Source: Oscillospiraceae bacterium (GTDB lineage: Bacteria > Bacillota > Clostridia > Oscillospirales > Acutalibacteraceae). From it: a DNA stretch of 64,000 nt. This document shows, piece after piece, positions 57,057 through 64,000 of the stretch. The DNA lies in NCBI GenBank assembly GCA_015066445.1, contig SVOK01000006.1, positions 4,766 to 68,765 on the forward strand, in the 5' to 3' direction. Each line of letters begins with the position of its first letter. Within the stretch, counting starts at the first letter, position 1. A model generated the notes under the pieces. It was not told the origin of the DNA. It did not search any database and saw nothing but the letters and a program-made list of their open reading frames with translations. The position numbers and the translations under genes were made by a program.

Positions 57057-58084
57057 TTTTTAAGCACTCTTTTATAATTTCTGCCTATATTATCCCAAAG
57101 CTCAAGCGGGTCTTTAGCCGCTACAGAAGTACCATAACCACCACGGTATGTCCAGGTAGCAAGACGGTCAACTCCTAATTCTTCGTACATATCGACAACC
57201 TTATCTATCTGACTGAAATCATCAGGGCGCTTATTGTAGCCCATAAGCCAACGTTCACTCTGCTTGCCGTACTTCTTAGCCATAGCAACTGTTCTTTCTG
57301 TGATTTCACGGAAGAAGCTCTCTGGCAATGTCCAGTTAATAATTGTGGTTGAGAATACATCGAAATAAGGGCAAGCGGCTACCATTTCCCAGTTATCATA
57401 ACCTCTTAGCTCTGTTACATAATAGCTGTTAAGTGTTGCGTGAACACAGCAGGTAATTTCAAGGTTGGGGTTATACTCTTTAAGAGCTTTTGAAGTATCC
57501 TCAAGAGTATAAAGTGCTTCTCTCCAACGGAACTGCTTAACATCATCGTTCATAAACTTAGGCATTTCATAGCCATAGTATTCTTCAAACTTTTTCATAC
57601 ACTCAGGACATCTGCAAGCCCAGTCATCACCTGCACCGCCTGTAATAGAAGCGTAAGCCTTAGGATAAGCATAATGCGGCTCATCCCAGAAGAATCCGTC
57701 AACCTCGGTATTCTTAGCAAGCTTGAGGCAAATATTCTTGAAATAATCTCTGAAAGAATTTGTATTAAAGCAAGCAGCATTCAATACCTCGCCTGTGTAT
57801 GCCGATACCTGACGGTGATGAATATTGTTCTGTAAGAATAAACTTACCTGCTCACCGCCGAAGTATTTGCCAATACCCCAAGTATCTGCAAGCACTCTAA
57901 GACCTAACTCGTGAGCCGCTTTAACTATGTTGTTGATATTCGGGAACCAGAAATCCATATCAAACTCTGTGATAGCCAAAATTACTGTATCACAGCCGTG
58001 TTCCTTCATTTCCTTAAAATCCTCAATTGCGTGCTCAACATAACCGAGTCCATAATAGCTTACCGCTGTATGTTTAATTGACAT
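57053..58084 (-). CDS. cytoplasmic protein of unknown function, TIM-barrel/glycoside-hydrolase-like by pattern
   Basis: Alternating beta/alpha pattern with DTVILAITEF, LRVLADTWGIG and GFFWDEPHY. ATGA overlap with the downstream SIS gene. Confidence 0.35.
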   Translation of the reverse strand: MSIKHTAVSYYGLGYVEHAIEDFKEMKEHGCDTVILAITEFDMDFWFPNINNIVKAAHELGLRVLADTWGIGKYFGGEQVSLFLQNNIHHRQVSAYTGEVLNAACFNTNSFRDYFKNICLKLAKNTEVDGFFWDEPHYAYPKAYASITGGAGDDWACRCPECMKKFEEYYGYEMPKFMNDDVKQFRWREALYTLEDTSKALKEYNPNLEITCCVHATLNSYYVTELRGYDNWEMVAACPYFDVFSTTIINWTLPESFFREITERTVAMAKKYGKQSERWLMGYNKRPDDFSQIDKVVDMYEELGVDRLATWTYRGGYGTSVAAKDPLELWDNIGRNYKRVLKK

Positions 58085-58120
58085 ATCGAAACCTCCAAAT
58101 TTTCTTTTAATTTTATTATA

Positions 58121-58150
58121 TACCTATTATCCCGATAGGTAAACCTATTA
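58121..58150. promoter_or_regulatory. candidate operator: inverted plus direct ACCTATTA repeats in divergent promoter region
   Basis: TACCTAT tatcccg ATAGGTA (58121-58141), with ACCTATTA at 58122-58129 and again at 58143-58150. Confidence 0.35.
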
Positions 58151-58238
58151 ATCGTTCAAAAAAGTGGACAAATCAAAACTTGACATTGTCTTGATTTCAA
58201 TGTATAAATTAATTAATAACTATTGGAAGTGAATATCT

Positions 58239-59057
58239 ATGTTTTTCGGAGAAAATGAAATTTCCTTAGAATTATTAGGCGTTTTTAAAATCAAGCGTGA
58301 AGCCTTTAATCACAGAAGCTTTACCTCTCGCAGTTATGACAGCCTCAGCATAAGACTAAGCGGAAGCGGAAAATTTGAAACTAAAACCAAAACCGTTAGC
58401 ACACAAAAGGGTGACATTCTTTACATACCGAAAAATGCCGATTACATACAGTCTACATTGGGCGAAGATATTATTGCCATACATTTTATTAATTACAGCT
58501 TTACAAAAAATGATGAAATTGAATGTATGTCAGTAGAAGATTCACATTTTTTGGAAGAAACCTTCCGTCAGATGTATGACGTATGGAAAGAAAAAAAGCA
58601 AGGACACCGTTACCTTTGTATGTCCCTGCTATACAATATTTTATATTTTTTAAACTGTCAGAAAACAGAAAGCATTATAGACTCTATAACTCACGACAGC
58701 AAAATCAATACCGTTATGGATTATATACACACCAATTACCGAAATGGCGAAATCTCTGTTTCACAGCTTGCTGATATGTGCGCAGTTTCCGAAACCTATT
58801 TCCGAAAGCTGTTTAAAAAAATCCACGGTGTTTCTCCACAGCAATATATAATAAACCTGAAACTCGAATTTGCGTCTCACCTGCTTGGCAGTAATCTATA
58901 TACTGTTTCTGAAGTGAGCCGCAAATCGGGCTTTAACGATTCTAAATATTTCTGCCGTTTGTTTAAAAACCGTTTTGGTACAACACCAAAAAAATATCAA
59001 ACCCTATTCCAACTCAATTCCCCGCCTATCAGAGAAAACAAAAAAGCGCTTCAGTAG
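58239..59057 (+). CDS. AraC-family transcriptional regulator
   Basis: C-terminal VSQLADMCAVSETYFRKLFK and VSEVSRKSGFNDSKYFCRLFKNRFGTTP. Upstream TTGACA (58180-58185), 17 nt, TATAAA (58203-58208). Confidence 0.85.
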   Translation: MFFGENEISLELLGVFKIKREAFNHRSFTSRSYDSLSIRLSGSGKFETKTKTVSTQKGDILYIPKNADYIQSTLGEDIIAIHFINYSFTKNDEIECMSVEDSHFLEETFRQMYDVWKEKKQGHRYLCMSLLYNILYFLNCQKTESIIDSITHDSKINTVMDYIHTNYRNGEISVSQLADMCAVSETYFRKLFKKIHGVSPQQYIINLKLEFASHLLGSNLYTVSEVSRKSGFNDSKYFCRLFKNRFGTTPKKYQTLFQLNSPPIRENKKALQ

Positions 59058-59077
59058 AATTACTGAAGCGTTTTTTA
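59043..59077. terminator. bidirectional terminator overlapping the AraC stop codon
   Basis: AAGCGCTTCAGTA gaat TACTGAAGCGTT, then TTTTT. Confidence 0.75.
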
Positions 59078-59083
59078 AGCTTG

Positions 59084-60358
59084 TTAAAGTCCTATATAAG
59101 GAGCAGGATTCACACGTGTTCCGTTTACAATAACCTCAAAATGGAGATGGTTACCTGTTGAATAGCCTGTGCTTCCAACAGCAGCTATCATATCTCCCTG
59201 AGAAACAACCTGCCCTTTACTTACAGTAAGATAGCTTGCGTGAGCGTATCTTGTTTTAATACCGTTACCGTGATCAATAACCACATTGTAGCCATAGTCA
59301 CCGTCATATCCGGCATAAGTTACAGTGCCGCCGGCAGCTGCAAAAATAGCAACGCCTCTGTTAGCAGCAAGGTCAATAGCTTTATGGTTTCTACCATCAC
59401 CGTAATAAGCGGAAACCACAAATTTGCCTCTTTCAAGCGGACAAATAAAGCCCGATGAAGTAACATTTGCTTTTTCGCTTGAAGAAACCTTAACCACAGC
59501 TGTACCTATTGTTATAACACGGTTTACGGGCTCGGAAATAACCTGAGCAGAAATTTCCTGACGGCTTGTTTCCTCACCGTTTATGCTTTCTACTACCAAG
59601 GATTTGCGTTTTATACCCTTTTTACCTGCAGTAGTAACCTCATAATAGCCCATAGGCTTTGTGTCGGTTTTGATTTTGGTGGTTCCATAAGGAATACTTA
59701 CGTCGGTATTATACTTTGAAACTGTTTTTACCTGCAAAGCATCTACAATAGTTTCCAAAGACATAATATCGGTTAAATCTTCTCTTAAATAATAGCCTGT
59801 TTCAAAGGTTACATTATCTACAAACTGTGCCTCATTTTCAGCACCTTCTACATAGTAAGACATAAGTCTTGCGTCCAAAAGCTTGTCCAGACCCGAAGCC
59901 TGAACACAAGCGACGGTTTCGCCGTTAACGATAAGGGCAGAGCCGCTTACAACATCATCGCTGTTTTCAATAATAGCCGTTGCAACCTTATCAGCATCAT
60001 CAAGATTATTTTTAACAGTGAGTGTGAGTGCTAATTTAGGAGTACAAACAGCACCGTCTGCATTTTCGCTGCTGACGTTTTCTACAGCGATTTTGCGTGC
60101 ATCAACGCAAACAGAACGGCTTCCTACAGTACCTATAACTCTGCCTGAATACTTAACGTTAAAACCTAATCTGATACCTGCCGAAGCAGTAGCAATAGCA
60201 ACAACGCTGACACCTACAACCGCAATAGATGCGATTTTAACAGCAATTTTATTGCTTTTTACAAAGTCAACAATCTTCTTTACATATTTATTATTATTAA
60301 TTTTTTCAATAAGCTGTTGTGGATCCAAATCCGTAAAAATGACATTCACCGCTTTCAA
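59084..60358 (-). CDS. M23-family (LytM) peptidoglycan endopeptidase with N-terminal membrane anchor
   Basis: C-terminal HKAIDL...GYNVVIDHGNGIKTRYAH...GSTGYSTGNHLHFEV. The TTG start at 60358 has no clear RBS, so the start is uncertain. Confidence 0.82.
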   Translation of the reverse strand: MKAVNVIFTDLDPQQLIEKINNNKYVKKIVDFVKSNKIAVKIASIAVVGVSVVAIATASAGIRLGFNVKYSGRVIGTVGSRSVCVDARKIAVENVSSENADGAVCTPKLALTLTVKNNLDDADKVATAIIENSDDVVSGSALIVNGETVACVQASGLDKLLDARLMSYYVEGAENEAQFVDNVTFETGYYLREDLTDIMSLETIVDALQVKTVSKYNTDVSIPYGTTKIKTDTKPMGYYEVTTAGKKGIKRKSLVVESINGEETSRQEISAQVISEPVNRVITIGTAVVKVSSSEKANVTSSGFICPLERGKFVVSAYYGDGRNHKAIDLAANRGVAIFAAAGGTVTYAGYDGDYGYNVVIDHGNGIKTRYAHASYLTVSKGQVVSQGDMIAAVGSTGYSTGNHLHFEVIVNGTRVNPAPYIGL

Positions 60359-60390
60359 AAAAGTTACAATTTGTAATATTTACAAGTGCT

Positions 60391-60419
60391 ATTATAGCAA
60401 AAAGGTTACAAAATTGCAA
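60391..60419 (-). promoter_or_regulatory. candidate promoter of M23 peptidase gene
   Basis: On the minus strand: TTGCAA (60414-60419), 17-nt spacer, TATAAT (60391-60396). Confidence 0.5.
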
Positions 60420-60683
60420 CCTTTTTTGTAATATTTTTTAACTTTTTACGAATTCTATGCAAAATTCCTATAAAACCCAATAAAAAATACCATTTATAGT
60501 ACAAATTAATGTTTGCCGAGTGTCTCGGCGGTCGATTCGTGGAGGTTTGGTGTTTAGCCAACTCCCCACCCCGACAAGGTAAATTAAATCTGCATGTCTA
60601 AACTTTAATTCCCGTTATTTACAATTTTTTAATAATATTATAAAATATAAACTGTATAATTCAGTAATAAAAGAGGTGTACTT

Positions 60684-61364
60684 ATGAACAATAAAAAAAT
60701 ACTTATTGCCGACGATGAGGAGCGCATTGTACAGCTTTTGACCGACTTTTTGACAGCGGCAGGCTTTAAAACTGTTGCTGCTTTTGACGGAAAACAGGCT
60801 TTCGATATTTTCACTACCCAAAAGGACGACATAAGCCTTGCAGTAATCGATATAATGATGCCCGAAATTGACGGTTGGGAGCTTACCCGCAGAATAAGAC
60901 AAAATTCTGATATTCCAATAATTATGCTCTCTGCCAGAGCCGAAGAATTTGATTTGCTTGAAGGCTTTGATTCAGGAATCGACGAATATGTAACAAAGCC
61001 CTTCTCGCCTGCCGTGCTTGTGAAGCGAATAGAAGCGCTTCTCAAACGAAGCAGTGGCGCAAAAGCACCGGTGAGCAGCGAAAAATCAGGCCTTTTAATT
61101 AATAATGATGCTTTTACCGCCTTTATAGACGGTAAACCATTAGAGCTTACATTAAAGGAATTCGAGCTACTTTCGTATCTAAAAGAAAATTCAGGAAGAG
61201 TCCTCACACGAGAACAGCTACTGAATGCCATTTGGGGCTATGATTATATGGGCGATACCAGAACTGTGGATTCACATATAGCCCGACTTCGCACCAAGCT
61301 TGGCGATTACGGTGTATCCCATCTTAAAACAATATACGGAATGGGGTATAAATTTGAAAATTAA
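60684..61364 (+). CDS. OmpR-family response regulator
   Basis: Receiver domain (ILIADDE, VIDIMMPEIDG, KPF) plus winged helix (LTLKEFELLSYL...TVDSHIARLRTKLG). RBS AAAGAGGTG. Confidence 0.92.
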   Translation: MNNKKILIADDEERIVQLLTDFLTAAGFKTVAAFDGKQAFDIFTTQKDDISLAVIDIMMPEIDGWELTRRIRQNSDIPIIMLSARAEEFDLLEGFDSGIDEYVTKPFSPAVLVKRIEALLKRSSGAKAPVSSEKSGLLINNDAFTAFIDGKPLELTLKEFELLSYLKENSGRVLTREQLLNAIWGYDYMGDTRTVDSHIARLRTKLGDYGVSHLKTIYGMGYKFEN

Positions 61365-62826
61365 AGCGCTTAAAAATAAGCTGTGGTTTAACATTTTTAT
61401 ACGCATTGCTGTTATTTTTGTAGTTTTCGTTCTGGTTCTCACAATTTCAAATGTAACTTTTTTAGTAAACTTTTTTATTTCCAAAGAAAAAACCGCTTTG
61501 AAAGAACAACTGATTACCGTAAGCGAGTTGGATTTTTCTCAAACGAGGCAGGTTATAAACACTCTTACCGAAATCAATGAAAAATATAATTTCGATGTGG
61601 AGATTTATAACAGCCAAGGCGCAATAAAATTTACCACTCACGGCGGACAGATGTTAGACTTTTTTGAACAGAACAACGGCAGGTTTGCAATGTCTCACGA
61701 GGAAATGCGGGTTTTGGAAAGTGAAATTCTTAGTGACGGTATAATTTTTCAATCCGCAGTACGCCGATTTGACAAAAACGAATATCTGCTTTGCAAAAAA
61801 CAAATTTCAGCCGATTTGTTTGCCGAAGTAAGGGTGCAAAAACAGCTGATTGCCAACTCTGCCGCTATTGCAAATGAATTTATAATCATAATTTCTGTTA
61901 TCTGCTTTGTTATTTCTATTGTCTGGGTACTTATTTTTGCTCGAAAATTCTCAAAACCCATAGCTACTATGAACGAAATAACCAAGGATATGGCAAAGCT
62001 TAATTTTGAAAGAAGAATACAAGTTAAGCGTACCGATGAAATAGGTCAGCTCGCAGGCTCTGTAAACGAGCTTTCGGCTTCACTTTCAGCGGCACTTGAG
62101 GATTTACATACCACAAACGCAAAGCTTAAAAGCGATATTGAGCTTGAGCGTCAGCTTGATGTTATGCGCAGGGGCTTTGTTGCAAATGTTTCACACGAGC
62201 TCAAAACCCCCATTTCTATTATAAGCGGCTATGCCGAGGGACTAAAGCTTAATATTAATCCCGAATCAAAGGAAAGCTACTGCAACACAATTATTGAGGA
62301 AAGCCAACGTATGAACAAGCTTGTTCTGAGTATTCTGGAGCTTTCCCGTTATGAATCGGGGCAAATTCCGCTTAACAGACAGATTTTTGATATATCTGAG
62401 CTGTGTTCAGATATGCTCACAAGAATTTTTGCCGGCAAAGATATAAATACAGAAAATTTAATCCCGCAAAAAACTCTTGCCTTTGCCGATGAATTACAAA
62501 TAGAACAAGTGCTCAAATCCTTGCTCGAAAATGCTGCCGCACACACAAATAAGGGTGGTACTGTTACAACCGACTCTTTGCTAACTGATGACAAGCTAAG
62601 AATTTTAGTGACTAACACAGGTGAAAATTTAAGCGAAGAGCTTATGCCGCAAATCTGGCAAAGCTTTTTCAGAGGAGACAAATCCCACAAGCGAGATAGC
62701 AGCCGCTTTGGACTTGGTCTTTCAATAGTAACAGCTGTTATGAAAATGCACGGCACAAGCTGTGGCGTTTATAACACTGCAAACGGTGTTTGCTTTTGGT
62801 TTGAGCTCGAGCTTCCAAAAAAATAA
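61354..62826 (+). CDS. sensor histidine kinase (2 TM, HAMP, HisKA, HATPase)
   Basis: H-box VANVSHELKTPISII and G-box GLGLSIV. TTG 61354 overlaps the regulator stop. The track ORF begins at ATG 61300 inside the regulator gene. Confidence 0.88.
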   Translation: MKIKALKNKLWFNIFIRIAVIFVVFVLVLTISNVTFLVNFFISKEKTALKEQLITVSELDFSQTRQVINTLTEINEKYNFDVEIYNSQGAIKFTTHGGQMLDFFEQNNGRFAMSHEEMRVLESEILSDGIIFQSAVRRFDKNEYLLCKKQISADLFAEVRVQKQLIANSAAIANEFIIIISVICFVISIVWVLIFARKFSKPIATMNEITKDMAKLNFERRIQVKRTDEIGQLAGSVNELSASLSAALEDLHTTNAKLKSDIELERQLDVMRRGFVANVSHELKTPISIISGYAEGLKLNINPESKESYCNTIIEESQRMNKLVLSILELSRYESGQIPLNRQIFDISELCSDMLTRIFAGKDINTENLIPQKTLAFADELQIEQVLKSLLENAAAHTNKGGTVTTDSLLTDDKLRILVTNTGENLSEELMPQIWQSFFRGDKSHKRDSSRFGLGLSIVTAVMKMHGTSCGVYNTANGVCFWFELELPKK

Positions 62827-62837
62827 AATCACGCAAA

Positions 62838-62873
62838 AAAGCCTTGAAGCTAAAAACTGCTTCAAGGCTTTTG
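62838..62873. terminator. bidirectional terminator
   Basis: AAAGCCTTGAAGC taaaaact GCTTCAAGGCTTT. Confidence 0.75.
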
Positions 62874-62908
62874 AAATATACATTTTAAAATAAATGCAAT
62901 TTTAAAAA

Positions 62909-63136
62909 TTACATATTATTTTGAATATATTCAGTAAGGTCTCCGATTGTTTTGATGTTTTCGATTTCCTCGTCGGGGATTTCAACCTCAAACTCATCTT
63001 CAATAGACATAAGGAGTTCAACAACATCAAGACTGTCAGCACCTAAATCTCTTGCGATGTTTGTATCCATTGTCATTTCATCTGCATCAGCATCAAGCTG
63101 TTCAGCTAATATCTCTTTTATCTTTTCAAATACCAT
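62909..63136 (-). CDS. acpP: acyl carrier protein
   Basis: 75 aa, acidic, with the phosphopantetheine site LGADSLDVVELLM. RBS GGAGGA. Confidence 0.9.
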   Translation of the reverse strand: MVFEKIKEILAEQLDADADEMTMDTNIARDLGADSLDVVELLMSIEDEFEVEIPDEEIENIKTIGDLTEYIQNNM

Positions 63137-63277
63137 AAATATATCCTCCTGAGAAAAATATAGCCCTCAAACCAAGGGTACTAAAGAAATAATATGTTTT
63201 ATTTGCGCATTTGTCAATAGATTTTTTAAAATTTTATATAAGTTTATAATTTTAAGGCAATTATAACATAAAAAATG

Positions 63278-64000
<723 letters not shown>

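Noticed and set aside
60638-61231. A 197-aa minus-strand ORF antisense to the response-regulator gene.
   Set aside because: It is fully embedded in a well-supported gene and has Ser-rich low-complexity translation. It is spurious.
61300-61353. An upstream ATG start for the histidine kinase, overlapping the response-regulator gene by 65 nt.
   Set aside because: The TTG at 61354 gives the usual stop/start overlap of two-component operons and begins right before the first transmembrane helix.

Overview
Chromosomal 64-kb window from an AT-rich Firmicute. It is most likely a member of the Clostridia, and a dockerin-bearing giant protein hints at a Ruminococcaceae/Oscillospiraceae-like glycan degrader. 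The lineage is inference only. I saw no rRNA, tRNA, CRISPR array, transposase, integrase, phage gene or recognisable defence system.

Gene content, left to right:
- 1-3056: the 3' 3 kb of rpoC, followed by a 0.5-kb hairpin-rich non-coding tract.
- 3586-21702: housekeeping and miscellaneous genes. These are a small alarmone synthetase, rsmE, an RsmF-like m5C methyltransferase, nnr and the membrane pyrophosphatase hppA. Also here are a DeoR / glycerol-1-phosphate-dehydrogenase-like / flavoprotein operon, a PHP phosphatase, YitT, an MFS transporter, and a PqqD-like protein coupled to an ABC exporter.
- 21877-31931: a 10-kb ABC-transporter-dependent cell-wall glycopolymer cluster. It holds tagG/tagH-like genes, a three-part glycosyltransferase, a Glf-like flavoenzyme, mnaA, a glycosyltransferase, tagA and a WbaP-type phosphotransferase.
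- 31963-35426: a second flavoprotein operon (SDR, AraC/GyrI regulator, FAD oxidoreductase).
- 35481-39056: a typA / exonuclease / radical-SAM operon.
- 39210-59057: a ~20-kb locus that I consider the most interesting part. It encodes two giant secreted proteins (1046 aa and about 1529 aa) built from nine copies of an unrecognised ~190-aa module. One of them carries a dockerin plus a C-terminal TIM-barrel-like domain, and that domain is duplicated in a neighbouring lipoprotein. The locus also has an orphan solute-binding lipoprotein, two AraC regulators, and a tightly packed cytoplasmic operon. That operon encodes a GH20-like protein without the canonical D-E pair, a DUF4434-like protein, two SIS proteins, a ribokinase-like kinase and an unknown TIM-barrel-like protein.
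- 59084-64000: an M23 peptidase, an OmpR/HK two-component pair, acpP and the 5' part of proS.

GC-rich palindromic REP-like elements populate several intergenic spacers, especially inside the giant-protein operon.

All functional calls come from motifs read by eye in the translations. No database search was possible.
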